Assembly (NCBI GenBank): GCA_963713865.1
Contig: OY970208.1
Span: 1,024,001-1,088,000, forward strand
DNA: 64,000 nt
Reading direction: 5' to 3'
Source of the DNA: an uncultured candidate division Zixibacteria bacterium
GTDB lineage: Bacteria > Zixibacteria > MSB-5A5 > RBG-16-43-9
Shown: piece by piece, positions 1 to 10,133 of the stretch
Position numbering within the stretch: position 1 is the first letter of the stretch
Layout of the letters: each line of letters begins with the position of its first letter
Translations under genes and position numbers: made by a program
The notes under the pieces: model-generated
What the model was told of the DNA's origin: nothing
The model's input: the letters and a program-made list of their open reading frames with translations, nothing else
The model's database searches: none

Positions 1-3000
1 TGACCTCACCTGCTTGAGCATCTACGGTCATAGACCTTAAGTCACTGACTTCATAGTCTAAACCTTTGGCAGAAAGATGCACATTGCTGTACGAGACAGT
101 CAAAACTGTCCCTGATTGAAGGTTGAATGTGAGTGCAGCATTGTCGCCAAGGTAAATATAAGACTTCTTCTCGCCTTGATCACTTGTCTTTTGACTAAGG
201 GTAATAAGGTTACCAATCCAAACGCTATCTTGAGCCTTGTAGTCGCCTCCACCCAGATCTAGAATTGACTTTGCACAGATGGTAATATTACCTACTGAGC
301 GGCAGTGAGCAATAGAAGAGGATGTCAACTGAAAATCCACAGTTGTCGTCTGCCCAGCTATTAGGTTTTTTCCCATCTGGGTTTGCGTTTCATAGCCGGA
401 CTTTGATGCTCGTAAATCATAAGTGCTAGGACACAGGTCAAATATGAAGTATTGACCGTTTATATTGGTGATATTAGCGCCTCTAACCGTTCCATTCTGC
501 AGAGCTTCAACTAGAACGCCTTCTAAGTTCTGCTGAGTGCTTGCATCTCGGATATTCCCTGCTATCGTGCCTCTACTCCCCGGACATAGCAAGAATGGTA
601 TATATTTGACGTTGCCGTGAATAATACCGGCAATATAGGATGAGTCTGTACTACCCCAATAATTATATGTTGCATCAACACTATCACCAGATTGCCAATA
701 TATAGCCCAAGATATATTATTCATTATTTCAGAGTAATGACAGGAAGTAACCCCATTTACATGGTAAAACCCAACATTGTTCCCAATGATTTTAGAAGAG
801 TCAATATCAAAAGTTGTCTCACCATAAGAGTAATTTGAGTAATCTATCGCATAAATACCATTTCCTGCATAATTTAAGACTTTTACGTTTTTAAGGTTAG
901 CTGTGACATAGCCTTCTTGTCCTGCCCAATAAGTAGAATTGCTATATCCATATATCCCATCACCAGTACCGCCAGCGAGAGAATCCCCGTTCATGTTCAC
1001 TACAAGATAATTATCACCGCCCTGACCAGTATAAGAATTATGCACACCTGTCCCATACAGATACATCCCTCTGCTTCCACCTGTAATAACATTATTTCTT
1101 AAAGTTGCGGTTAGATGGCTAACCCCAAATGCATAGGACTCCAAAGATATGCCTGTCGATGCACCTGATATCGTATTATCTTCAATAACGGGGTTCGAGG
1201 TACCATCATATTCGGTTCCCAGTGAACGAATCTCAACCTCTATGCCGCTCCCTGAGCCAGTAAAGTTATTCGCCCTTATAACCGGATTGGCTACTCCACC
1301 ACCATTAGCTAAACTGTAAAATTTGTTGCTACTAAAAATGTTTCTCTCAACTAAAGGAGATGAATTCTGAGAGTAGACTCCATAGCTCACATTATTCAAG
1401 AAAGTACTATTCTTAATTATGGTGCTAGACTGGGAATAACAAGCGATACCATTTTCACTGTTATCATGTGCCCCACAGCTATCAACAATAGCATTGGAAT
1501 TGGATAATTTCAGTGCCGTGCCACCATAGGCTGCTGCCAATCTTATTATCCTATTTGTATCAGAAGGTTGGGAGTTTATTAGATAAATCGATCCCCATGA
1601 CCCCGCGCTTGGGGTGACTTGACTGAGAGGTTTCCAGGGCAACGTGTAAACGCTATCTCCGCTACTGCCTCCGATCCTAACATTTCCATAAATTAGTATG
1701 TCACATCTACCATTCGTACCTCCTGTGGTATCAAATTGACTTGCTTTGTCTGAGAGCTTTATCTTTGTTCCTCGTTCAATCGTTAGCGAAACCCCAGAAG
1801 GAAAAACAACATCGCCAATAATCTTCACTGAATCACGCCACGTCGTGTTCACGCCTATTAACCCAGAAACATATGAGGTATAGTATATGTTAGTATGGCT
1901 AGCATCAACCCACGGAGAATATTGATTAAACCCTCCTCCCAACCAGTAAAAGATGCTGTCTTCATAAATCGTGCCCCAATAATTATATCGTGCTTTAACA
2001 GGCATAGCATCAGCATATTGGTTTCCAACTCCATTGTCATAAATATCACAACCCAATTGAAGACTGTCACCAACTACAGCTTCGCAATTGTTTAAATAAA
2101 GACCCCAATTGTTGTTACTTTTCACTTGAGACCTTTTAATTTTTAGCTCGGAGTTGATGAAATATAGTCCCGTATTACATAATTCGATTTTAGATGAGTC
2201 GATATCAAAAGTTGTTTCACCGTAGGAGTAATTTGAGTAATCCATCGCATAGATACCATTTCCCGCATAGTTTGAGACTTTTACCTTTTTAAGGTTAGCT
2301 ATAACATAGCCCTTTTGTCCGCCCCAATAACTAGAATTGCTATATCCATATATCCCATCACCGCTACCACCGGTAAGAGAGTCCCTATCCATATTCACCA
2401 CAAGATAATTGTCACCACCCTGACCAGTCCCAGAATTATGCCCACCTATCCCATACAGATATATCCCTCTGCTCCCGCCAGCAATAACATTATTTCTTAA
2501 AGTCGCGGTTAGATGGTTAACCCCATATGCGTATGACTTCAAAGATATGCCTGTTGATGCACCTGATATCGTATTGTCTTCAACAACCGGGTTCGAGGTA
2601 CCGTTATATTCGGTTCCTAGAGAACGAATCTCAACCTCTATACCACTTCCTGAGCCAGCAAAACTATTCGCCCTTATAACCGGATTGGCTATACCACCAC
2701 CATTAGCTAAACTGTAAAACATGTCACCAGCAAATTCATTGCTTTCTATCAAAGGAGATGAATTCCTTGAATAAATACCGTCGCCTACATCTGAGGCATA
2801 GTTAGAATGAATCAAACAATTGGTTACCTTAAGATTTGTGTTATTGCAATAAATCCCACCGCCTCTACTATCTGATCCAGAACCATTGGCCCTACCATAC
2901 TCAATTCTGCAATAGTTCAATTGACTTGAACTATCCGCGTTGAGAAACCTGATTCCAAACCATCCGGTATCTGCATTTTGAGCAGTAAAAGTTATTGAAT

Positions 3001-3256
3001 CAGTCGGGGTTCCCACCGCAAGCAGAGTGGCTCCGGTATCCACAACTAATTTGTAATGTCCCTGAAACGTGAGACGACAGCCGGGTTCTATTACGAGTGT
3101 GGATTCTGACGGGACCCTCAATTCACCCATGACATTATAGGGGCTGTTGACAACATAAAGGGTACCCCAAATGTCACCTGAAATATCGGTTGCAGATACC
3201 TGTCGCGTAAAATAGCTAAAAAGCAAAATCACTAAAATTAATAACTTCTTACTCAT
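1..3256 (-). CDS. Large secreted protein with right-handed parallel beta-helix repeats and a carboxypeptidase-regulatory-like Ig domain; runs off the left edge (>1085 aa)
   Basis: Hand translation from ATG 3256 (SD AGGAGGT at 3261-3267): MSKKLLILVILLFSYFTRQVSA-TDISGDIWGTL..SPYNVMGELRVP..TLVIEPG..GGGIYC..YNYWG..GTIAGNIRDAST..SKSGYETQT. Start and window-edge frames agree; absent from the ORF track because there is no stop in the window. Confidence 0.85.
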   Translation of the reverse strand, partial: MSKKLLILVILLFSYFTRQVSATDISGDIWGTLYVVNSPYNVMGELRVPSESTLVIEPGCRLTFQGHYKLVVDTGATLLAVGTPTDSITFTAQNADTGWFGIRFLNADSSSQLNYCRIEYGRANGSGSDSRGGGIYCNNTNLKVTNCLIHSNYASDVGDGIYSRNSSPLIESNEFAGDMFYSLANGGGIANPVIRANSFAGSGSGIEVEIRSLGTEYNGTSNPVVEDNTISGASTGISLKSYAYGVNHLTATLRNNVIAGGSRGIYLYGIGGHNSGTGQGGDNYLVVNMDRDSLTGGSGDGIYGYSNSSYWGGQKGYVIANLKKVKVSNYAGNGIYAMDYSNYSYGETTFDIDSSKIELCNTGLYFINSELKIKRSQVKSNNNWGLYLNNCEAVVGDSLQLGCDIYDNGVGNQYADAMPVKARYNYWGTIYEDSIFYWLGGGFNQYSPWVDASHTNIYYTSYVSGLIGVNTTWRDSVKIIGDVVFPSGVSLTIERGTKIKLSDKASQFDTTGGTNGRCDILIYGNVRIGGSSGDSVYTLPWKPLSQVTPSAGSWGSIYLINSQPSDTNRIIRLAAAYGGTALKLSNSNAIVDSCGAHDNSENGIACYSQSSTIIKNSTFLNNVSYGVYSQNSSPLVERNIFSSNKFYSLANGGGVANPVIRANNFTGSGSGIEVEIRSLGTEYDGTSNPVIEDNTISGASTGISLESYAFGVSHLTATLRNNVITGGSRGMYLYGTGVHNSYTGQGGDNYLVVNMNGDSLAGGTGDGIYGYSNSTYWAGQEGYVTANLKNVKVLNYAGNGIYAIDYSNYSYGETTFDIDSSKIIGNNVGFYHVNGVTSCHYSEIMNNISWAIYWQSGDSVDATYNYWGSTDSSYIAGIIHGNVKYIPFLLCPGSRGTIAGNIRDASTQQNLEGVLVEALQNGTVRGANITNINGQYFIFDLCPSTYDLRASKSGYETQTQMGKNLIAGQTTTVDFQLTSSSIAHCRSVGNITICAKSILDLGGGDYKAQDSVWIGNLITLSQKTSDQGEKKSYIYLGDNAALTFNLQSGTVLTVSYSNVHLSAKGLDYEVSDLRSMTVDAQAGEV
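798..2765. repeat. Intragenic direct repeat, ~570 bp (798-1367 and 2196-2765), offset 1398 bp = 466 codons
   Basis: Both copies encode NSSPL..FYSLANGGG.ANPVIRAN..GETTFDIDSSKI. The two similar antisense ORFs at 917 and 2315 reflect this repeat. Confidence 0.9.
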
Positions 3257-3301
3257 TTTTACCTCCTCTTTAAGGGGGGGATAATATATCTAATTAATAA
3301 A

Positions 3302-3329
3302 ATTTTAACTCAAAAATTGAAAAAGTCAA
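3302..3329 (-). promoter_or_regulatory. sigma70-like promoter for the beta-helix gene
   Basis: TTGACT-N16-TAAAAT on the minus strand upstream of ATG 3256. Confidence 0.5.
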
Positions 3330-3661
3330 GGAAAATAACAGAGTTTTTCACAGTAGATGAAGCGGATTAAGCAGAGCCGAGAAACGGATCCATAGGATGA
3401 GAATAACTGATATCAGCTTAATCACATTAATCAGCTGTGATGTATGTTCTCCTCCTCTTGCGGGCAGTCTCGCCATAGGCGTTCTGCCTTAACTGAGGCT
3501 AAGACGCATTCAATGCGTCTCTCCAAAAACTGTATCATCTGCTACACCTTTTGTAGGAAAAGATTCAAATTTCAAATAATAGAAAGTTTAGCTAAAAATT
3601 AAAGAAGTTATATCTTCTTATTGTTAAACCAGTTAAGAAAAACTTTATTGGTTTTTTATTT

Positions 3662-3678
3662 TTGGCAGGAGTATTGCG
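3662..3678 (+). promoter_or_regulatory. sigma54 (-24/-12)-like promoter
   Basis: TTGGCAGGAGTATTGCG has exact GG-N10-GC spacing, ~27 nt upstream of ATG 3705, with an IHF-like AT-rich site at 3611-3635. Confidence 0.55.
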
Positions 3679-3704
3679 ATATAGATTGTTTTGAATGGTA
3701 AAGG

Positions 3705-4718
3705 ATGAATATGGGAAAAGTCAAAATTATAGCAATGAGCTTGGTTTCAGTTCTGATAGTAGGAGTTGCAGTCCATGCGCGGAATTATCAGATTACCGGG
3801 GCTTTGGATTACAGGTTTATGTTTAATGATAATCAGAGCAAGATCAATAAAGATAATTTCTTGATTCATGGAGTTGAGGTGAACTTCAGATATATTTTTC
3901 AGGGTGAATCCGGTGATTGGGGGACTCTGGTTTTACAGGGTTCGTATTCTCCTGATTTTGATTTTTTCTCCAGGGAGTTTAATTACCATTACGGGGATAA
4001 GTATTTTGTTTTAAAAGGTCCTAAAGGGCAGGTAAATTTTAAAATCGGGAAGTTCGTGGTTCCCTTTGGAAACCTGCAGTATTATGTCTCTCATCTTTTA
4101 ATCCTTCAGCCAATGTTTCAAAGAAGCTTGGGAATAAGAGAGGATATAGGTATAGGAGTAAGCGGATATTTTAAGGATTATGAGTATGACCTGTCTTTTA
4201 CCAACGGACGGGGTGATGGAAGGATAAACTTCAAAAATGAAGGTTTGTTCGTATTCAGGCTCGGCAGAACAGATGGTGATCTGAAATATGGGCTTTCTTT
4301 TCTTTCAGGTGGAGCGCCGGAAGGTGAGTATATGATAGGAATGATGCACAAAGAGGACGAGAAGATTGCTTATGTTCACAAGAATAGATTGGGATTTGAT
4401 GTTCAATATCCTTATAGGGAATTTACTTTCAGAGGTGAGGCAGTTTTTGGTAGAGATGAGAAAATAAACGTTGGTGGGTTCTATTTAGGAACAGATTATG
4501 AGATTTCTCCTAAAATTTTAGCCAGCCTGAAATATGATTTCTGGGATCCGGATTTTAAGAATAAAGATTTCATAACGGATTTAGGATTTGGATTGAGCTA
4601 TCGCATCAATAAATACGTTACCCCCAGAATAGCTTATGAGAAAAGCTGGGCAAAAGATGAAATGGTAATGAGTGAAAGCACAGGGTTTTTTACTGTCCAG
4701 TTGAACTTAAATTTTTAA
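3705..4718 (+). CDS. Outer-membrane beta-barrel / porin-like protein
   Basis: Signal peptide, alternating amphipathic strands, IGKFVVPFG motif typical of OprO/P-like porins, C-terminal Phe (QLNLNF). Confidence 0.75.
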   Translation: MNMGKVKIIAMSLVSVLIVGVAVHARNYQITGALDYRFMFNDNQSKINKDNFLIHGVEVNFRYIFQGESGDWGTLVLQGSYSPDFDFFSREFNYHYGDKYFVLKGPKGQVNFKIGKFVVPFGNLQYYVSHLLILQPMFQRSLGIREDIGIGVSGYFKDYEYDLSFTNGRGDGRINFKNEGLFVFRLGRTDGDLKYGLSFLSGGAPEGEYMIGMMHKEDEKIAYVHKNRLGFDVQYPYREFTFRGEAVFGRDEKINVGGFYLGTDYEISPKILASLKYDFWDPDFKNKDFITDLGFGLSYRINKYVTPRIAYEKSWAKDEMVMSESTGFFTVQLNLNF

Positions 4719-4725
4719 ATATAAA

Positions 4726-4783
4726 GTAGCGTTGCCACTCCTGTGGCAACGAACAAACGTCCTCACGGGAGTGAGGACGCTAC
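4726..4783. repeat. REPIN-like inverted pair of GTAG-REP hairpins
   Basis: GTAGCGTTGCCACTCCTGTGGCAACG followed by the reverse complement of GTAGCGTCCTCACTCCCGTGAGGACG. Confidence 0.75.
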
Positions 4784-4806
4784 GGGAGCGAATAAAGGGT
4801 AAAAAG

Positions 4807-5406
4807 ATGAGTAATTTGAGATTCAAAATAATAAAAATCATACCAGTAATAGTTTTAAGTTTGGCTATCTATTTCCCACTATCCAGTTTTGCTGCGGTTT
4901 GTGTTTTCCGTTTTCCGGATAGAGATGTCTACAAGCTCTATCCCAAAGCTACCAATTATAAATCGGTTTTGAAAAAAGTGGACAAAACCGCCAAGGGGAA
5001 AATTGAGGCTTTGCTTGGCCAATCTTTAGAGGCAGATGAAACCGAGCTTACTTTCTATGAGATCTATAAAAGTAAGGATTTAATCGGTATGATTCACCCG
5101 CATGCGGAAAGGGGAGAATATGGCACTATCGAAGTTGTCTGGGCATTTGCCCCGGATGGTAAGATTATCGATTTTACAATCCAGAGGGATAGAGAGAAGA
5201 AAGGGAAGGAGCTTAATAGCCCAGCTTTCAGGAAACAGTTTACAGGCAAGGATATTAACTTTCCTTTTACAATCGAGAAGACCAGAGAAATAAACTCAAA
5301 GTTAATCAAGCCAGTGGATGGAGCAGAAAAAGGTTCCTCCGCCATTGCCTATGGGGCTAAAAAAACCTTAGCTTTTTATAAATTCCTTTTTCAGGAGGTA
5401 AAATAA
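4807..5406 (+). CDS. Secreted FMN-binding-domain (RnfG/NqrC-like fold) protein
   Basis: G.YGTIEVVWAF.PDGKI...REKKG......F..QF.GK pattern and signal peptide. Start moved to ATG 4807 because the TTG at 4732 lies inside the REP. Confidence 0.7.
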   Translation: MSNLRFKIIKIIPVIVLSLAIYFPLSSFAAVCVFRFPDRDVYKLYPKATNYKSVLKKVDKTAKGKIEALLGQSLEADETELTFYEIYKSKDLIGMIHPHAERGEYGTIEVVWAFAPDGKIIDFTIQRDREKKGKELNSPAFRKQFTGKDINFPFTIEKTREINSKLIKPVDGAEKGSSAIAYGAKKTLAFYKFLFQEVK

Positions 5407-5407
5407 A

Positions 5408-6572
5408 ATGAAATTCATCAAATTTGTCTTAAAGAACCTATTCAGGAACAAAGTCAGGACTCTTTTGACTATCCTTTCAATGTCTATCTCGGTTATGGTA
5501 TTGTTCTCTCTCCTTTCCTTTACTAAAGGATATGAAAAAGGGATGACTACTGAATTAGGTAAAATGGGTTATCAGATAATGGTTGTTCCCAGGGGTTGCC
5601 CTTATGAGGCGGCAACCTTTAGCTTTATCCGGAGGAAAAATCCCGAACTATTTCAGCTATTCGGTTTTAGATGAGGTTAAAAAGATTCTGGAGATAGAAA
5701 TATCTGCACCTTTCTTCATGTCAGCCATAATAAGACCGGATGAAGACCGGACTGATATCTACCTGGGGATGGACGAGACTATGTTTCAAATGAAAAGGTA
5801 CTGGAAGATAAAAGGGGGCTATTTCAAAGATGAAAATTCAATGATTATGGGTGGGGATGCGGCTTATATAGAACAGACGGATGAGCCGGGTCAGAAATTC
5901 TATGTCAAAGAAAAGGACCGGGAGTTTGAGGTAACCGGTATCTTGGAGAGGACCGGCACAAAAGATGATGGCTTCTTCTTTATTCCCTTAAAAGCAGCTC
6001 AGGAGATGTTCGGGCAAAAAGATAAGTTGACTGGAATAGCAATCAGGGTTAAGGACCCTACTCTAATCCCAACTGTAGTAGAGAAGTTAGAGAAATTACC
6101 GGATTCTCAGGTAATAACTATGTCCCAGCTTATGGGAACTATGATAAATCTGGTAGCTCAAGCCAAGACTTTAATCTTATCGATCATAATCATAGCCATA
6201 ATCATCAGCGCCTTAGGGGCTTTAAATACAGTCCTGATGTCGGTTTTCGAGCGAACCAGAGAGATCGGGGTAATGAGAGCTATGGGTGCAGGCAGGGAGC
6301 ATGTATTTCAATTAGTCTGGGTGGAGACCTTAGTGATGACATTAATAAGTGGAGTACTGGGAATAAGCATAGCCCTTGTAGGGATGAGATTGGTAGAGAG
6401 AATAATCAAAAGACTCCTCCCATTATCACCAGAAGGGAGTGTGGTCTCTTTTGATCTGAATATCCTTTTAATCTGTCTGGGGTTTGTCATTCTGGTCGGT
6501 TTAGTCGCAGGGATCTATCCAGCTTATCGAGCTTCAAAACTTAAACCGATAGAGGCGATCAGAACAGAATAA
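5408..6572 (+). pseudogene. MacB/FtsX-family ABC permease with a +1 frameshift (possible sequencing error)
   Basis: ORFs 5408-5674 and 5583-6572 join by removing one T from TTT at 5618-5620, giving CPYEAATLALSGGKIP, colinear with the paralogue's CPYEAASLVLHGGKFP. Carries SVFERTREIG and YPAYRAS motifs. Confidence 0.85.
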
Positions 6573-6591
6573 TCCGAGAAACGGAGGAGAT

Positions 6592-7752
6592 ATGAATTTC
6601 TTTACTTTAGCCATTAAAAACCTTTTAAGAAGAAAGATCAGAACAACCCTTACCATATTGAGCGTGGCAATTGCCATCTCTATCCTTTTCAGCTTGCTGG
6701 CATTCAACCGGGGTTATGAAAAGGAGATGAAAAAAGAGTTAGCCTATTTAGGTTACCATATCTTAATCGTTCCTAAAGGGTGTCCTTATGAGGCGGCTTC
6801 ATTAGTATTACATGGAGGGAAATTTCCCAGGTATCTGAAAGATGAATATGTGGAAGAGATAAGAAAAGTGCAAGGAGTCAAAGAATCGGCCAGACTTTTT
6901 ATGAACTCCGAAACAGACTCTTTGTCCAAGGAGACTAAAATCTATTTTGGCATTGATCAGGATTATTTAAATTTTAAACCACGCTGGAAGTTCAAAGCGG
7001 GAGGATTTTTTACCAATGACCATTCGGTGGTGATCGGACAATATGTAGCTGAGAGTAAAAAGATAAAATTGGGGGATAAGGTTGAAGCTTTGGGAGAAGA
7101 GTTCATCGTTGCCGGAATCTTAGAGCAGACCGGGGATCAGGATGACGGGTTCTATTTTCTGCCTATTAAGACTCTTACCAGATTATCAGGCAAAGAAGGT
7201 CTTTTAGTGGCAGTTCCCATAAAAGTGGATGATCTTTCCAAAATAGAACAGATCGCAGAGAAGATAAGAGGAACAGAAAGCGATATGAATGTGGTTTCGA
7301 TGAAAGAGGTTACCGGTGCAATTATGGGTCTGGTCAGTTCCACCCGGGTTTTAATCTATGCGGTGGTTTTAATTGCTATTCTCGTGAGTGCAGTCGGGGT
7401 TTTAAACACTATTCTGATGTCAGTATTTGAACGCACCCGGGAGATTGGGATGATGAAAGCAGTTGGCTCTTCCAGGATAGATATATTCCGGCTGATCTGG
7501 TATGAAACCTTTATCGTCTGCATGACCGGAGGACTTTTGGGTTCATTTTTAGCAATAGTAGGTTCAAGCATAATAGAGAATTTTATTAAGAAGTTAATGC
7601 CTTATGCTCCTGGTGGTCAACTGATCTCAGCAGACCTTTTAGTAATAATTATTTCGGTTCTGTTTGCTTTGATTATGGGGATTTTAGCCGGGATTTATCC
7701 AGCTTACCGGGCTTCAAATCTAAGGCCGATTGAAGCTATTAGAACCGAATAG
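6592..7752 (+). CDS. MacB/FtsX-family ABC transporter permease
   Basis: NLLRRKIRT N-terminus, large periplasmic domain, SVFERTREIGMMKAVG, YPAYRAS.L.PIEAIR. Confidence 0.9.
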   Translation: MNFFTLAIKNLLRRKIRTTLTILSVAIAISILFSLLAFNRGYEKEMKKELAYLGYHILIVPKGCPYEAASLVLHGGKFPRYLKDEYVEEIRKVQGVKESARLFMNSETDSLSKETKIYFGIDQDYLNFKPRWKFKAGGFFTNDHSVVIGQYVAESKKIKLGDKVEALGEEFIVAGILEQTGDQDDGFYFLPIKTLTRLSGKEGLLVAVPIKVDDLSKIEQIAEKIRGTESDMNVVSMKEVTGAIMGLVSSTRVLIYAVVLIAILVSAVGVLNTILMSVFERTREIGMMKAVGSSRIDIFRLIWYETFIVCMTGGLLGSFLAIVGSSIIENFIKKLMPYAPGGQLISADLLVIIISVLFALIMGILAGIYPAYRASNLRPIEAIRTE

Positions 7753-7767
7753 CTATAGGAGAAGAAA

Positions 7768-8469
7768 ATGACAAAAGAACTATTTAACTTAGAAGAAATA
7801 ACTAAGATTTATAGGAGAGGTAAAGAAGAAATTAAAGGGGTGAATGGGATTACTCTGAAAATTAAAAAAGGTGAGTATATTTCCATCCTGGGTCCTTCAG
7901 GTGCAGGCAAGACTACATTCTTAAATATGTTGGGTTGTATAGACTCTCCAACTTCTGGAAAATTGATTTTTAATAAAGATAATGGAGACAAACTTGATCT
8001 TACTGATATGAAGGAGAATAGACTGGATGAGTTCAGAAGAGAAAATATCGGTTTTGTTTTTGCTGACTTTTTTTTGATTCCTTCTTTAACTGCAACTGAG
8101 AATGTAGAATTACCCCTGCTTTTTTCCAGTGATAAAAAAGTTGAGCAGGATTATTCTAAAAAGGTATTAGAGACTGTAGGTTTGGGTCACAGGCTTACTC
8201 ATAAACCGTTGCATCTTTCAGGTGGGGAGATGCAGAGGGTCGCAGTTGCCCGCTCCATTGTAAACAGACCAAAAGTCCTTTTAGCAGATGAGCCGACTGC
8301 CAATCTGGATACTGGGAACAGCGAGGTCATCTTTAATCTGTTCGAAGAGCTGAACTCTAAGGGGATGACAGTAATTGTGGCAACTCATGCAGAGGAGTTA
8401 GCCCGTAGGGCTAAAAGGATAATCTTTCTTCTGGATGGTAAGATCGTTGAGGATAAAGGAGGAAGATAA
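7768..8469 (+). CDS. ABC transporter ATP-binding protein (LolD/MacB type)
   Basis: Walker A GPSGAGKT, signature LSGGEMQR, Walker B LLADEPT, H-loop ATH. Confidence 0.93.
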   Translation: MTKELFNLEEITKIYRRGKEEIKGVNGITLKIKKGEYISILGPSGAGKTTFLNMLGCIDSPTSGKLIFNKDNGDKLDLTDMKENRLDEFRRENIGFVFADFFLIPSLTATENVELPLLFSSDKKVEQDYSKKVLETVGLGHRLTHKPLHLSGGEMQRVAVARSIVNRPKVLLADEPTANLDTGNSEVIFNLFEELNSKGMTVIVATHAEELARRAKRIIFLLDGKIVEDKGGR

Positions 8470-8470
8470 A

Positions 8471-9139
8471 ATGAATAATTATGCTATACAGGGTGAAGGT
8501 CTGACTAAGATTTATCAAAGGGGGAGTGAAAAGCTCTACGCTTTAAAAGAAGTAAACTTCCAGATAAGTCCGGGTGAAATAGTCTCAATAGTTGGCAGGT
8601 CAGGCTCTGGAAAGACGACTCTTTTGAATATGATCGGATGTCTGGATACACTATCAGAGGGAACCCTATATATTGGAGATATAGAGGTATTTAAACTAAA
8701 AGAGAAAGATTTGATTAAGGTGAGAAGGGAAAATATAGGTTTTGTTTTTCAACTGTTTTATTTAGTCCCCACCTTAACTGCTTATGAAAATGCACTTTTG
8801 CCTTTACTTTTCAGTCGCAGGTTAGATAAGAAAGAGAAAGTTAAAGAGATTTTCCAGAAAGTGGGGTTAGGGGAACGGTTAAATATGCTTCCTTCAGAGC
8901 TGGATGGTGGGGATATGCAAAGAATAGCTATAGCCCGGGCCTTAGTAAATGAGCCAAAAATAATCCTGGCAGATGAGCCTACGGGAAGGTTAGAATCCAA
9001 GTCCAAAGAAAACATTTTCGGTCTTTTTAAAAAATTGACTGAAGAAGGATTAGCTATAGTGATAGCTACTCATGACCTGGACTTGGCCTCCAGAGCTGAC
9101 AGGATGATAAGGTTAAAAGATGGAATGGTGGTTAATTAA
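8471..9139 (+). CDS. ABC transporter ATP-binding protein (LolD/MacB type) with degenerate signature
   Basis: GRSGSGKT and ILADEPT present; signature reads LDGGDMQR. Start placed at ATG 8471, just after the upstream stop. Confidence 0.9.
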   Translation: MNNYAIQGEGLTKIYQRGSEKLYALKEVNFQISPGEIVSIVGRSGSGKTTLLNMIGCLDTLSEGTLYIGDIEVFKLKEKDLIKVRRENIGFVFQLFYLVPTLTAYENALLPLLFSRRLDKKEKVKEIFQKVGLGERLNMLPSELDGGDMQRIAIARALVNEPKIILADEPTGRLESKSKENIFGLFKKLTEEGLAIVIATHDLDLASRADRMIRLKDGMVVN

Positions 9140-9177
9140 TCTATACGGTTTTAGAAAAAGTGGAAGAGAATCGAATT

Positions 9178-9248
9178 CCCTCTCTCCCTGTGGGAGAGGG
9201 TTAGGGTGAGGGGTCACCCTCCCCTTACCCCTCCCATCAAGGGAGGGG
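9178..9248. repeat. CCCTCTCCC/GGGAGAGGG REP-like palindrome cluster
   Basis: Related copies at 51428-51467, 51825-51858, 51913-51937, 55535-55648 and 60863-60974. Confidence 0.75.
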
Positions 9249-9293
9249 TAGCTGATTTGGAGTTTTTTATAAATTATAGAAGGAGGTGAGAAG

Positions 9294-9542
9294 ATGAAGA
9301 AGATCTGGTTGATAGTCACAGGGGTAATAATAATTTTAGTTCTGCTCCTGGGATTTTCCACTGGCTTTTTTGGTAATAAAGGGGATAAAACGCCCAAGAT
9401 GGCTGTTTGTCCAGTATGTAAGATGAAAGTCTTAATTACTGAAGAGACTCCTTCTTATATATATAAAGGAAAAACCTATTATTTTATGAATGAGGAACAC
9501 AAGAGCATCTTTGTGGAAGATCCGGAAAGGTTTATAAAATAG
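9294..9542 (+). CDS. Membrane-anchored YHS-domain protein
   Basis: N-terminal TM helix; CPVCKMKV..YKGKTYYF.....F..DPERF; SD AAGGAGGTG. Confidence 0.85.
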   Translation: MKKIWLIVTGVIIILVLLLGFSTGFFGNKGDKTPKMAVCPVCKMKVLITEETPSYIYKGKTYYFMNEEHKSIFVEDPERFIK

Positions 9543-9575
9543 ACAATTAACTTAATAACTTTTAAGGAGGTTGAA

Positions 9576-10133
9576 ATGAAAAGGTCAAGTTTAATAACTC
9601 TAGCGATTTTAACAGGAATAGTTTTCCTGTATCTATCTTTTGCTATCGGTGGACAGGATACAACCAAAGTTAGCAGCCATAAGATAACTAAAGAAGAAAT
9701 AGGTAAAGATTTTACCTGTGTGATGTGCAATATGAAAGGGAAGGTTTCGAAAAATACCCCAGCTCTGGATTATCAGGGCAAGACCTATTATTTCTGCAGT
9801 GCTGGAGAGAAGATACCTTTTTCTGAGGATCCGGAAAAGTATATATCTCCAGAGAGTGCTGATAGTTTGAAGCTAAGTTACGCAGAACACAAGATAACGG
9901 ATGAGGAATTGGGCAAAGAGGCGACCTGCCCGGTTATGAAGAGGAGTTTCACTATTTCTAAAGATACTCCGGCTATAGAATTTAAAGGAGAAATTTACTA
10001 TTTCTGCTGCCCTGGCTGTATAAAGAAGTTCATAGACTCCCAGACAGATTCAGATTCTCTAAAGGTTGCGCCTGATTCTCTTCATCATGATAAGAGTACA
10101 GAAAGTAGTCATACACATAAAGGATGCTGTTGA
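9576..10133 (+). CDS. Secreted tandem YHS-domain protein with His/Cys tail
   Basis: Two YHS repeats (CVMC..YQGKTYYFCS; CPVM..FKGEIYYFCCPGC); C-terminus HH..HTHKGCC. Confidence 0.85.
   Translation: MKRSSLITLAILTGIVFLYLSFAIGGQDTTKVSSHKITKEEIGKDFTCVMCNMKGKVSKNTPALDYQGKTYYFCSAGEKIPFSEDPEKYISPESADSLKLSYAEHKITDEELGKEATCPVMKRSFTISKDTPAIEFKGEIYYFCCPGCIKKFIDSQTDSDSLKVAPDSLHHDKSTESSHTHKGCC

Noticed and set aside
798-2765. Repeat pair as a diversity-generating retroelement TR/VR
   Set aside because: Differences checked are mixed substitutions, not adenine-specific; both copies are coding and no reverse transcriptase is in the window
5408-6572. Programmed ribosomal frameshifting in the split genes
   Set aside because: No shared slippery motif or stimulatory structure; intact paralogues exist; error is more parsimonious
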